Assembly: GCA_964016885.1 (NCBI GenBank)
Contig: OZ024755.1
Span: forward strand, 10,106,001-10,170,000
DNA: 64,000 bases
Origin: Eledone cirrhosa
Taxonomy: Eukaryota
Reading direction: 5' to 3'
Shown here in pieces: positions 29,589 through 43,546 of this stretch. The notes under the pieces are model-generated. The model ran no database searches and was not told the origin of the DNA. It worked only from the letters and a program-made list of their open reading frames with translations. Numbering within the stretch: position 1 is the first letter of the stretch; every line of letters begins with the position of its first letter. The position numbers and the translations under genes are program-made.

Positions 29589-30035
29589 ACCAGAGGCAAT
29601 TTAAACTTGCATAGGGGCTCTGGGTAAAACATGTTTTCGGAACCCCTGGCTGAAGGTGTTTTGGCGCCCCTGTGTTGTTTCATTTATGATAAAAAGAATG
29701 ATTTCTTATTTAGGCACAAGGCCAGCAATTTTGGGGGAGGGGAAAGTTGATTAGATCGACCCCAGCTCATGACTGGTACTTTATTTTATCGACCCCGTAA
29801 GGATGAAAGGCAAAGCTAACCTCGGCGGGATTTGAACTCAGATCATAAAGGGCCGTAACTCTATGATAAAAAAAATGGGAGTTCTTTACATATTGTGAGG
29901 ACCATGGCTGCAAATTTCCTCCGAGTCTTTGCGTATTATTTATGGTAGCTAAAAATTAATTTTGGGATCCTTCAAATGTTGTGTGGCCCCTGGCTGCAAA
30001 CCACTCAGCCCCTTTACCTTTAATCCGCTACTGGT
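29589..30035. mobile_element. hAT-like non-autonomous element interrupted by a SINE (29700-29865, - strand)
   Basis: Imperfect TIRs ACCAGAGGCAATTTAA / TTAATCCGCTACTGGT; internal GGCCCC/GGCGCCCC motifs. Confidence 0.5.
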
Positions 30036-30678
30036 CAGGAATCTGACGTTCCTCCTTCATTCTAGAACAATTTATTCATGAAATAAGATGTTTGGCTCGT
30101 GTTCATTAATGTATAAATATATAATTACAACACTGGAAAGGACCTCTGTCGGTTTCAACGATGATTGTTCCAGTTGTGCGATTAACTGAATAATCTGTTC
30201 ATGAAATTAGCGAGTACGTCGCTGAGAAGTCCATAGACAAATGTAACTTAAAAGGTAATTCTCAGGGAGATTCAGCATGACTCAGTATGTGTGGCAAAGC
30301 CAGTTCTTTGAATTACAGGTACAGCTCATCTGCTAGGGTTTCCAAACAGTTTCCGTCTACAGAATTTCACTCACAAGGTATTGGCCGACATAACGCTATG
30401 GTAAATGACACTGGCCAAAGATGCCAAAGGACCTTATGATGAGGAAGCGAACGTATTAACAATTCGACCTTGTTGCATTGTCCACAGATTTAACATCAGA
30501 GAGAATTTTCTAGTATCTTCCTGATAGAAGAGGCGACTAACAGCCTATGTATAATACTCCTTTGTGTTCTTGTTAATAAAACAAAAATGAAAATGACCAG
30601 GTTTTATCACAGCTGTCCTATACAACCAGTAGAGTGTAATACGATCGATATTAATCAATATATTGAGATATTTCAATA

Positions 30679-30709
<31 letters not shown>

Positions 30710-30919
30710 CATACATACATACATACATACATACACAACACATCAGTATCCTGTTGTGCAACATGCTAGTTTCCGCTTGTGTCTGTGACTTGGTTTCAAA
30801 TCCTTGTTTTACATTAATCACATTACTGCTGCTATTGAGAAAAGTTTGAACATCACATATACTGACATGACCCTGTAGTTAAGGAGTTTCGTCCCACTGC
30901 GCAACACACACACACACAC

Positions 30920-30974
<55 letters not shown>

Positions 30975-31093
30975 AATAGGGAACAAAGAATCGCTATTGC
31001 ATCATATACATATTTAATTACACATGTTTCACTGCCGATCAGCTCGAGGAACGGTCGAAATATGTTCGTTCCTGACTCTGGAATCGAAAGCAC

Positions 31094-31161
<68 letters not shown>

Positions 31162-31497
31162 GACGTTATGAAGACAAACATTCACTGTTACGTGAAGCAA
31201 GTATTCCCTGTATATAGCTATTTGCAGCTATTTCCCTTTAGGCATCATTGCTCTAACGCCCACAATCCCAGATCTCTGAGTCAGAAGATCAATCTCCCAC
31301 TGAAGGATATAATACTGATAAAATAGTCAAACGTATGTGAGTTTGTATGTGTGATAAATTTAATTTTATATCCGAGTAAAACAAAGTATCAAAAATTCCT
31401 TCCTAAAAATGATTGTAGAAAACCCCAGAGTAGATCATTTCCACAATCTAGTTAGGTCTGTAATGATTCTGTGTTAATATCGAGACCAGCGCCGTTT

Positions 31498-31690
31498 GGG
31501 GTCGGACGCCATGCTTTGCAGCATAGAGTTATAGCCATTTATGATCTGAGTTCAAATCCCGCCGAGGTTAACTTTGCCTTTCATCCTTACGGGGTCGATA
31601 AAATAAAGTACCAGTAATGTACTCGGGTCGATTTAATCGATTTTCCCCTCCCCCAAAATTGCTGGCCTTATGCCTAAAGTAGAAAATCAT
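31498..31690 (+). mobile_element. SINE family A copy (long-tail variant)
   Basis: Family core plus GGGTCGATTTAATCGATTTTCCCCTCCCCCAAAATTGCTGG tail. Confidence 0.85.
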
Positions 31691-32032
31691 ATTTATGATA
31701 ATGCAGGGCGGCGTATTGACAGAATCGGTAGAGTTTCAGGGTTCTTCCACACATAGATGGAAGGGCGGAAGTTGTCCTCAGATAATGTTCCTGATCCGAC
31801 TACTTGCAATAGAATGGGCACCTCTAAAAACACCTAAGGGTCCTGTGGTGGTGTTAAACCGAGTAACAGAAAGGTCAACTCCACCGAAACATTCTGTCAA
31901 ACTTCCACATGGACAGAAAATGACGGGCAATTGAACATTTTAGTGGACGATATAGGATTTTAAGTTTTAAGATGGTATTTCAACATATACTACCCGGAAA
32001 AAATATCCAAACCAGATATGCAAAGAACCTAT

Positions 32033-32065
<33 letters not shown>

Positions 32066-33134
32066 CAAATGATAAAGGTAAAGACCCCTTCGATCACAAA
32101 TGACCATGAAAGTTCCCCTCCGAGGCACAATTCCTGGCATATATATATAACAGGAAGCTAAATGGGAATAACGAACTAGTAACAAACTTTTACCAAACAT
32201 TTTTGGTTTGCTTTGAATACTTACTATACAGGTGGGCGGTGGAAAATGTTTCCATATGAAATTTGACAATGACGCAAAAACAAAGGTTGGAAACATCTGG
32301 ACTAGACCAAGCTGTCACGCAGTAGGATAAAAACCGGAAACAACATTGCTCTGAAAGAAACTTTTTAACTACGCAGCCAAGCCCGCACCTAATATCGATC
32401 AATGACTCAGCAGTAAATATCAATATTGATGAGGTTCGAACAAATAAAAACCAGTTTTCAACTAAAAGTTATTTCTTTGGTAGCGCGTATTGGAGGCACG
32501 CATCGTATATCAGCTGATTCCATTTACGCCTACGGTTTACACTTAGAAACTGATAAAGAAGTTATGCTGATTCTAAAGAATTTTAACAAAGTATCAGTAA
32601 TTAATTATGTGCTAGCTTTTATTCAGTTTAAATCGTTTGAGATTGCAATTTCAATGAAATACACTAATAATAAAATAAAATTTGCAAAAATTTTGTCAAA
32701 TAATTATCTTTTTCATTAGTGAGCTGATGTTTAGAACATTATTCAAGAAAGATTTTTTTTCTTTTTTCACAAAATTATGTTGGAAGGTTTTGATATAAGT
32801 ATAAACAGTGCGGCGAATTGGCAGAGTGGTTAGAACATCGGACAGAACGCTTTGTGGTATTCGTTTTGGCTTTCTGCTCTCTGAGGTTAAATTCTACCGA
32901 GGCCAACTTTGCCTTTCATCCTTTCGAGGTCGATAAAAAAAGTAACAATCTACCACTGGAGTCGCTTCTTCCTCTATATCTCTTTCTCACCCTCATTCTT
33001 TCACTCTCTATCCTTCTCCGAAAGAAATCTGCTGTATTCAGGTACTTATTTTATCAATCATTTTGTCAACCCGCTATGTTATGGGATATGAGCCCACATA
33101 CAGCCATAGACACACTTTATATACACACACACAG

Positions 33135-33178
<44 letters not shown>

Positions 33179-33293
33179 AATTGAGTTTGAATTATTTTCC
33201 CATATCTTACGTTAAATATTTTCCATCTTGACGTTATAGACATATATTATGAAATACTGTTGGCTTCTTGCTCACATTTGTTTATCTATTTTC

Positions 33294-33361
<68 letters not shown>

Positions 33362-34089
33362 CGAGCTTCTGCAGTTTCCCTCTACCATATCCACCAAATT
33401 TCACTCAACCCGAGGCTATAGTAGAAAAGACCGAGCCACAGCGCCATTGTCGGCTCCTCTGTAGTTTTAATTTTGTTCTTCAATAAACTACCTTGATGTG
33501 TCGTAGTTTTATATAGGGTTTTAATAAAATAAAATATCTGTTAATATTTCACATATTGATAGGAAATTAATTCAGTGAGCGGAAAGATGATGACAATACC
33601 GAAGGATTCCCATCACCAGTCGACATTGTGACATTGTTGAATTATTTAATGTTATTGATGTCAAATAATTATTTTCTTCAATGATCTCACTTGCTAGCTA
33701 CTATGGTTGTTATCGATTTTAATACTCTTTTGCCTGCCTCTGGATCTAATAACATTTCATCTGTTTCGTCTATGTTTCTTTGTATCTGATGAAAATAACA
33801 AATATTTCGGTTTAATTAACATTTTCACAGAGAGATAAAACCTTTCACCACCGCAACTACCACAACCTCACGACCACCATAATCCCCATAGCCACTAGAA
33901 CAATCACAGCCACTATTACCACACAACCACCACTATACTGACCGAAACATCAAAGTTATATATGTATATATATCACCTTGACCGACCAGTCTGTCGGGCG
34001 CCGCTGGTCACAGCACGTGCTGTTTTAGCCATACGATAACGCCATCCCACTGGCTGGCCGTAAGTCTAAAGTCTGTCTTAAGTCAGAAG

Positions 34090-34344
34090 GCTCATTTGAC
34101 CGGTACTTATCCCGGTTTCATGGCGTGAAGCGACTGAGAGTACAAGACTCCCCCCTGGACAGGACGCCAGTCCGTCGCAGGGATAAACCTCCAGCTATTG
34201 CTGGTACTTATTTTCAGCTGAGTAAACTGGAGTAACGTGAAATAAAGTGTCTTGCTCAAGGAAACAACATCACCCGGTCCGAGAAATGAACTGACAACTT
34301 TTCGATTGCAAGCCTACTGCTCTAACAACTAAGCCATGCGCCTT

Positions 34345-34345
<1 letters not shown>
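34090..34345 (-). mobile_element. tRNA-derived CORE-type SINE, family B
   Basis: Minus strand: GCGCATGGCTTAGTTGTTAGAG head, CCTTGAGCAAGACACTT CORE-like block, CCTGCGACGGACTGGCGTCCTGTCCAGG block. Sister copy at 54039-54300. Confidence 0.8.
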
Positions 34346-34413
<68 letters not shown>

Positions 34414-34944
34414 TGTAAGCAAGCTTCCAACAATAATTCAGACATAAGTGACTATACCATCAAGATGAAAAAATGTTTAATGTAAGATGAGGGGAAAATA
34501 ATACAATCTTAATTTAAAACAAATCAAGAAGAAAAACTTTATCCTCAGACTTTGTGTAAGTTGGGGAAAAATCAGTACAATCTTAATTCAAAATAAAATC
34601 AAGAAATACTTAACCGCCAATTTGGTGAAAACTACAAATGCACTATATAGTCCTAAAAAACTATTTCACTATTTATATATATATAACAATCTACTACTGG
34701 AGTCGATTTTTCCTCTATATCTCTTTCTCACTCCCATTCTTTCACTCTCTATCCTTCTCTGAAAGAAATCTGGTGCATTCAAATACTTATTTTATCAATC
34801 ATTTTGTCAACCCGCTATGTTTTCTGATGATTTCTCACAAATGAAATAGTTCTAGTCCTGTAGAAGCTCTTCTATATTAAAACTTTTATATTCTGCTATG
34901 CATTGATTACCTTACTGTGGTTACCTCCGATTCAACCCAGAATA

Positions 34945-35003
<59 letters not shown>

Positions 35004-35480
35004 GTGTGTGTATGTCACACGCTAGACGTTATGGAGGATCCATAATTCAGGACAGCTAGTTGAATTGAAACTATGTCTACAGTATAAAGAGACGCAATAG
35101 ATTTTGAATTCATGACTCATGCGTAGATATAGACACCTTAGCTATGCGGTTAATCTATTGGGCATTAACGTCAGTAATACATACACCCCACTCTCAAGCG
35201 TGAAACTAATAATAAAATTTGTACTGCCTCTTCGCTTCCACGTTTTTTTGTTTTCTGTTTACTGTCTCAACTTTAAAATATATATATGCTCATGTATACT
35301 TTACAAAATACTATATACCTACAACAGTTCAAACGAGTGGCAGAGAGGTACACATTCTTGACAAAGGGAAATAACCCAGAAACAAGTTGACTGTTCCTCG
35401 ATGCCACTGATAGAACGAACGGATGACGATAGTCATAAAAACATAGCGTAATGAGGCTGTTTGCTTGCAAATAACTCGTA

Positions 35481-35515
<35 letters not shown>

Positions 35516-36097
35516 GATAGAAAACTCATAAATGCATTTATTATGTACCCCGCTATGTGACAGCGAGAAACCAAATTCTAATTTTGTTTTTATATAGGAA
35601 TATATATATAGATATACTTCATACACAACCATGTCAATAGTTAGCAGTAACATATACATTCATAGCGTGACATATATTTATTATACATAAACTACATAAA
35701 CATATTGTGTATGCCTTCATACACACATCCATACAATCATATTATTGGAGAGTTTTCTATGAAATCCGGATCAAGATGGCGGATGCGAGGAATGGCTGGA
35801 ACTAGCCGAAACAATATAGTTAATCAGTTTAAGTAGACAGACGGCAATTCTCGCCCGCCTGAACGAGTTCTTACTGCAGTAGTGTTTACCAACAAAATAT
35901 TATCAATAACAGAAAATGTATTGTGTGATCTAAAACAAGTAAACAAGCTGCGTCCCAATTGGCACACAAGAAACACACTACTGCAAACAGCCTACTGTGA
36001 CACACACACATACACACATATATATGCATATAAATCTCTCTCTCATATATATCTATATATATAATAAATTGACGGGACTAGTTGACGGGTTTCACTC

Positions 36098-36238
36098 ATG
36101 TATGTATGTATGTATGTATGTATGTATGTATGTATGTATGTATGTATGTATGTATGTATGTATGTATGTATGTATGTATGTATGTATGTATGTATGTATG
36201 TATGTATGTATGTATGTATGTATGTATGTATGTATGTA
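36098..36238. repeat. (TATG)n microsatellite
   Basis: Perfect tetranucleotide run. Confidence 0.98.
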
Positions 36239-36276
36239 CATTCGCATACACACACACACTCACAACCACACACATG

Positions 36277-36316
<40 letters not shown>

Positions 36317-36776
36317 GTTTTTGGAATTCGTTCGTTTCCGACAACGAGAGCTCATGTTGATACAAAGAAGTAGTTCTCAGGAAGATTCAGTATGGTACAG
36401 TGTGTGTCAATGCTAGAACATTTAAATACAGGGACAACTAATTTGTGAGGGGATTAAAACAATGTGAAATATAATTGCTTGTTCAAGGACACAAGGCTGT
36501 GCCAAATTCTGACCGAGGAAACAATGTTTCCGTTGATCTTTCCAATTGCTAATACTGTCTATCGGTCGCAACTTTAAGTAGAAGGAGCAACGTGAAATAA
36601 AGTGTCTTGCTCAAGGACATAACGCATCCCCCGTTCCGGGAATTGAACTGACAACCTCACGATTGAAAATCCAGTTCTCTATCCAATCAGCAACAAGTCT
36701 TCACTAAATGTATATATATATATATATATATACATACATATACATATAGACATATATATATAGACATATATATATA

Positions 36777-36812
<36 letters not shown>

Positions 36813-36822
36813 TATATATATA

Positions 36823-36866
<44 letters not shown>

Positions 36867-37702
36867 TATATATATATAGATACATATATGTGTGTGTGTG
36901 TGTGCGTGTACAACAAACCTAAGAGATACCGGATGCTTTATCACCTTCAAATGTACATCTCTCTTTCCTTCTCTTTTCCTGGTCTTATCTAACTCGTTCA
37001 TTCTCAATCTCTTTCTCAATCATATATACACATACGAACATACACAAATATTCACACACATACATAAATACATAATCCTAGATGTATATATATACGTACA
37101 TACCTATTTAAATACTTATATATTCATATTATATATATATATATATATTCGCGTGCATATGCATGCATCTATATGCATCTATGTTCATATATGTGTATGC
37201 ATGTATGTATGTATATATGTATGTATGTATGTGCACACTCACACATTCATACACACAACACAAACAGATAGCTACACACAGACACACACACTATGTGTGT
37301 ATATATAAATATATCTATACACTTCACTGAAATCAGAGGCACAGATGGAAATAAATATTGATCCCGCATCTGTTAACGTCCGGTTATGTAAGATATTTCC
37401 ATCGGACAAGAAAATTAACGTATGAATTTGTTGATCCCCGATTGGTTGATTCGGTTTTGACGTCAGACACGATTAAAATTGAATGTTATATTGGCAGGAC
37501 GCAACGAATTGTATGGTAAAAGATAAAAAGATTGATGCGGAATTTCTACGAACTAATTCCAGAGTGCCCGGAACTTTTTGTTCTCAATTATGGTTTGCTA
37601 ATTTGTTGCAGAACTAACTCTATACCAAACTAATCCTTTTGACAGTGTGCTCCACCAACTTTGGATATTTTTTTCATTCCCGTATTTTTTTCATTACTAT
37701 AT

Positions 37703-37862
37703 ATCTATCTATCTAAGGCGGGTAAAATTCCCGAGATCCATGGACGAGTTCTCTCCAGCGGTCTCTGTCCCTCATTATCGCTGCCATGTCCTGCATCTCC
37801 AACAGACCAGTGTCTGTCCTGAGGGCATCAACATACGTTAACCTTGGTCTTCCTCTTCTAGT
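37703..37862 (-). mobile_element. RTE-like LINE 3' end with (TAGA)n tail
   Basis: Minus strand TRRGRPRLTYVDALRTDTGLLEMQDMAAIMRDRDRWRELVHGSREFYPP* followed directly by TAGATAGATAG. Confidence 0.85.
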
Positions 37863-38149
37863 ATATTTAAGATCCCGTTAAGGGTGAAAGCAGCGATTCT
37901 TTGCTTAAACTTTAATCTGTTATTTTAATAAATATTTTCATATATATATATTATCCTTATCGAGCCCTCTTTGGATTTTAGTCTTCACATTTATTATTAT
38001 TACTATATATATATATATAATATCAGCGAGAATCGCATTTCGGCGGGTAGAAAAAGCGAAACGAACCGCAAAATCAGAGTTATGCTGGCAAGCGTTCCAT
38101 AATAAAAAACCAGAGCTAAACAATATATACTGTGTGTGTATATATATAT

Positions 38150-38355
38150 ATAGGAAAAGAGTGAGGACTCCGACGGCAGAGCTCCAGCCGTTTCGACAGC
38201 TAGATCCGATCTGATCCGTTCGGATCTAGCTGTCGAAACGGCCGGAGCTCTGCCGGGGGGGTCCTCACTCTTTTCCTATTACCCACTTTACTACCCTAAG
38301 TATCGAATACTCTGGTACGTTGTGGTCCACCTGGTATCTTACCACACTTTCTTTA

Positions 38356-38357
<2 letters not shown>
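38150..38357. mobile_element. Fold-back repeat, probable Penelope-like pLTR inverted junction
   Basis: 60-bp arms 38150-38209/38220-38279 with a 10-nt loop; the right arm continues into sequence shared with 51585-51675 and 52619-52670; TA-microsatellite flanks. Confidence 0.6.
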
Positions 38358-38413
<56 letters not shown>

Positions 38414-39083
38414 TATATATATACACATGCATACATACAACATGCATACATACATTCTTACATACAGTCACACGTACAGACAGAACAGCAAACATGCAGA
38501 CACAGATGCTCACACACAGAAAGTCTGACAAACAGCAGTATACACGTACAAACACACACACACACAAATACATACATACACAACGACATACACATATAGA
38601 GCAGAATACACTAACAAACACACGTGGCTATTTAATTGCTAGCATCTGATTTATTATTGAAAGCAGCTATGGCATAAAGTTTGGTTTCCTCGGCTCATCC
38701 AGGCAATGGAAAGTTTATGGTAACCTAATCATGAGTGGGTGCCTTGTCTGTTACTTAGGGGGCACTATTTCCGGATATGGTTTAACCCTTTCATACTAAC
38801 ATAGCCGATCACTAATTGGGTGGGGGTATATATATATACCCCCATATATATATATATATAAATCGTTTCCTGGGTCCTGTATTTTCGTTGCTCTAGTGAT
38901 GCGGCTGGACTGCCGACCACTATATCTGATTTGCTAAGCTGTCTGAACGTAATGTTATTACTCTGGGGTCTTTCCTCATCTGAGTGCTCAAGCTACAGAC
39001 CGATTATGCATATACGCTAGCTTGGCCGTATTCTAAAGCTTCGTCAATGCTGTACTAAAATTTATATATATATATATATATAT

Positions 39084-39448
39084 ATATAAAGAAAAAGAGA
39101 TGAAATCGAAAATGCAACTGGAGTCTTATTTTTTTAAAAAATATATATATTTATTTGGTTCCTTTACCGGTTTCGCAGTTCTTCTGCTTTTCAAAAGGTG
39201 AGTTGAGATGGAGGGTCTGTGGTTTTTCTCACATCTGATGTGAGAAAAACCACAGACCATCCATCTCAACTCACCTTTTGAAAAGCAGAAGAACTGCGAA
39301 ACCGGTAAAGGAACCAAATAAATATATATATTTAAAATAAAAATAAGACTCCAGTTGCATTTTCGATTTCATCTCTTTTTCTTTATACTTTCACTCGTGT
39401 AGGACACCTCGGTTATTTTTCATTTTGTAAAAATAAAAAAAACCTCAC

Positions 39449-39455
<7 letters not shown>
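39084..39455. mobile_element. Fold-back repeat with degenerate minimal hammerhead, probable Penelope-like pLTR
   Basis: ~150-bp near-perfect arms centred at 39236. The right arm holds CCTT-TTGAAAA-GCAG-AAGAA-CTGC-GAAA-CCGG-TA-AAGG (39274-39311). Confidence 0.65.
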
Positions 39456-39501
<46 letters not shown>

Positions 39502-39859
39502 TAACGGATTAAAGTTTAAGCAAAGAATCGCTGCTTTCACTGTTAACGGGATGTTATATGCATATATATATATATATATATATATGCATATATATATATA
39601 TATATGCATATATATATATATATGCATATATATATATATATACATGCATATATATATATATATGCATATAACATATATATACATATAACATATAACATAT
39701 AACATGTTATATATACATATAACATGTTATATATGCATATAACATATGCATATATATATATACATGCATATATATATATGCATATATATATATATGCATA
39801 TGCACATACATACATATATGTTATATGTGTATATGTGTGTATGTGTGTGTGTATGTATT

Positions 39860-40057
39860 ATGTTTAATATAGAAATGGCTTCTGCAGGACTACAGCTGTT
39901 TCATTCAAAAGAGATCTTCAGGGCTTTCCTGAAGATTTCTTTTGAGTGAAACAGTTATAGTCCTGCAAAAGCCATTTCTATATTAAACATGATGTTTACA
40001 CTTCAGTAATGTATTGAGTACCTTACTGTCGTTACCCACGATTGAACTCGGGATTCT
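39860..40057. mobile_element. Fold-back repeat with hammerhead-like core, probable Penelope-like pLTR
   Basis: 63-bp arms 39860-39922/39928-39990; CTGAAGA...GAAA-CAGYT(G/A)-TA. Family members at 34820-34948 and 57365-57470. Confidence 0.65.
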
Positions 40058-40077
40058 CTCTCTCTCACATACACGCA

Positions 40078-40732
40078 TATATATATATATATTATATATA
40101 TATATATATATTATATTATATATTATATATTATATATAAATATATATTATATATATATAATATATATATATTATATATATATATAATATATATATATATA
40201 TAAATATATATTATATATATGTAATATAATATATATATATATATAAATATATATTATATATATGTAATATATATTATATATATATATATAAATATATATT
40301 ATATATATATATATAAATATATATTATATATATATATATATAAATATAATATATATTATATATATATATATAAATATATATTATATATATATATATAAAT
40401 ATATATTATATATATATATATAAATATATATTATATATATAAATATATATTATATATATATATATAAATATATATTATATATATAAATATATATTATATA
40501 TATATATATAAATATATATTATATATATATATATAAATATATATTATATATATATATATAAATATATATTATATATATGTAATATATATTATATAAATAT
40601 ATATATAATATATATATAAATATATATATATTATATATATATAATATATATACATATAAATATATATATATATATATATAAATATATATACATATAAATA
40701 TAATATATATACATATAAATATATATATATAT

Positions 40733-40764
<32 letters not shown>

Positions 40765-41173
40765 AATATATATATTATATACATATAAATATATATATAT
40801 ATATATATATAAATATATATACATATAAATATAAATATATATATATATAAATATATATATATTATAAATATATATATATATAAATATATATATATATAAA
40901 TATATATACTATATATATAAATATATTATATATATAATATATATATATATATATAAATATATATACTATATATATAAATATATATACTATATATATAAAT
41001 ATATTATATATATAATATATATATATATATATAAATACTATATATATAAATATATTATATATATAATATATATATTATATATATAATATATATTATATAT
41101 ATAAATATATATATATTATATATATAATATATATATTATATATATAAATATATATATATTATATATATAATTA

Positions 41174-41222
<49 letters not shown>

Positions 41223-41275
41223 ATATTATATATATATATATATAATATATATATATATTATATACATATATATTA
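40078..41275. repeat. ~1.2-kb almost pure A/T satellite
   Basis: TATATA/TAAATA/TATTAT units with very few C/G. Confidence 0.95.
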
Positions 41276-41549
41276 TAGTAAGGTGTATTATTGGTTGTGT
41301 GAAATGGTCAAATAAATTTTTGTTCGCAATATTAGTTCTCCACCCTTTTGTATATCTGCAATTCCATTTATGGGAACAGCTAGATGATGTAACACGGAAT
41401 ATTTCTATCAAAATAAAGATCCGAAGGCATGTCGTGATTAAAATGATTGGAAATTTATAACATGCCCCCGAATCTTTATTTTGATATATGTATATACACA
41501 CACACAAATGCCTCGTGCGTGTGTGCGTGTGCGTGTGTGTGTGTGTATG

Positions 41550-41614
<65 letters not shown>

Positions 41615-41616
<2 letters not shown>

Positions 41617-41971
41617 TGGTCTTCCTCTTCTAGTGTGTCCATGTAGGGGCTCCCAAAGGAGCACTGAGTGCAATGTCAACTCTGGATATCGGTGAGCATG
41701 TCCAGCCAACCTCAGTCTTCTCTGTGTCACTTTTGAGCTGACTTTTGGGATGCTCCCATACAGCTCTGAGTTTTTCATCCTCAGTGTATACTGATTAATG
41801 TTCAGAGCCATCCTAGAAGAGGAAGACCAAGGTTAACATATGTTGATGCCCTAAGGACAGACACTGGTCTGTTGGAGATGCAGGATATGGCAGCGATAAT
41901 GAGGGACAGAGACCGCTGGAGAGAACTCGTCCATGGATCTCGGGAATTTTACCCGCCTTAGATAGATAGAT
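41615..41971. mobile_element. RTE-like LINE 3' end with 5' inversion
   Basis: 41615-41812 (-): [65 protein letters not shown]. 41813-41961 (+): RRGRPRLTYVDALRTDTG...EFYPP* then (TAGA)n. A colinear copy at 54345-54640 shows the original order. Confidence 0.88.
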
Positions 41972-42027
41972 ATATATATATCTATACATATATATATATA
42001 TATACACACACACAGACATGTATATAT

Positions 42028-42590
42028 CAGGGGCGGTGGAAGCATTTCTGAAGTGGTGGAGCGGGTGGGTGTTAATTTGGTCAATTTAGTTATAGTGATT
42101 TGTTTAGCTCTCTGTATTCTAAAATGGTCAGAACTTTGATATGCGATAAACATAACATTTACATAAATTGTAGCGCATGTCCAAACAGATGTGTGTTTTG
42201 GTAGTTTGGTGAGAAAAATATAATTATTAGAGAGGGCGGGATCTTACAACCCCTCTCTATATCTAATATACAACATACTCTCCCAACCCTCCTCACTATA
42301 TCAATTACCACCAAACTCGCCCCTCTCTAAATCTATCAATACATATCTCTCAGTCCTCTCACTCTATTCATTACCACCAAACTCTCCTCCTCTCTACATC
42401 AATCATACAATACTCTCTCCCAAACCCCTCTCTATATCAATTAACACCAAACTCTCCCCCTCTCTATATCTACTACACGGAACTCTCTTCCAATACCCCT
42501 CTCTATATCAGGTGACACCAAACTCTCCTCTCTCTATACCAATTAACACTACACTCTCCCCCTCTCTATATCTACCATACATAACTCTCT
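42028..42590 (-). mobile_element. Non-autonomous DNA transposon (CAGGGGCGGTGG TIR) with subterminal minisatellite
   Basis: Internal sequence is the reverse complement of parts of 63039-63409; repeated CTCTCTATATCAATTACCACCAAACTCTC units. Confidence 0.6.
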
Positions 42591-43140
42591 CGTTCGTCAC
42601 ATATACACATCACAACAACGTGTAAACGACGGACTGTTATCAATACGCGCACACATGCACGCACACACAACCACACACATTCACACACACACACGCACAC
42701 ACACACACACACACCCGTTCTCCACATACCCACATCACACAATGTGTAAACAACTTAGTGTTGCTATCAATACGCACACACACACATGCGCGCATAAGCA
42801 CACACACACGTACACACACACTCGTTCTCCACATATCCACATCACAGCAACGTGTAAACAACTTAGTGTTGTTTTCAATTTAATTATTAGTCATGCTAAA
42901 ACAACAAACAAACTGGGCCTCCCACAAAATCTGTTATAGAGATATTAAAATATACTTTATCTGTAATTAAAGCCACTTGAAATAGGTCAGTCTAATAAAG
43001 GAAACAGTAGTAAGGTGTGTTCTCTTGTTAGACTTTCTACCTTATCATCTGACTTTTCTATAATATAGCACAATGTCCTCGTTACTCTTGTCTCTTTAAT
43101 CTGCTTTCCTGTCAATTTTTAATATCATTATTACTTTTAA

Positions 43141-43546
43141 GGGTGGTGGATTGGCAGTATCGGTAGAGGGTCGGACACCATGCTTTGACGCATAAAGTTA
43201 CGGCCCTTGCCATTCTGAGTTCAAATCCCGTCGAGGTTAACTTTGCCTTTCATCTTTACGGGGTCGATAAAATAAAGTACCAGTAATGTACTAGGTAATT
43301 GCTGGCCTTGTGCCTATAGTAGAAATCATTATTACTTTTAAGGGTGGTGGATTGGAAGTATCGGTAGAGGGTCGGACGCCATGCTTTGCAGCAAAGAGTT
43401 ACAGCCCTTTATAGTCTGAGTTCAAATCTCGCTGAGGTTAACTTTGCCTTTCATCCTTACGGGGTTGATAAAATAAAGTACCAGTAATACGCTGAGATAA
43501 TTGCTGGCCTTGTGCCAAAAGTAGAAACAATTATTATTACTTTTAC
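43141..43546 (+). mobile_element. Two full-length tandem SINE family A copies
   Basis: Both complete from GGGTGGTGGATTGG to GTAGAAA; ATTATTACTTTTA occurs before, between and after them. Confidence 0.9.

Noticed and set aside
32426-32719. 97-aa ORF
   Set aside because: TTG start, AT-rich, no recognisable homology or exon boundaries.
43141-43230. SINE heads as tRNA genes
   Set aside because: A/B boxes are present but there is no cloverleaf, and they continue into SINE body and tail.
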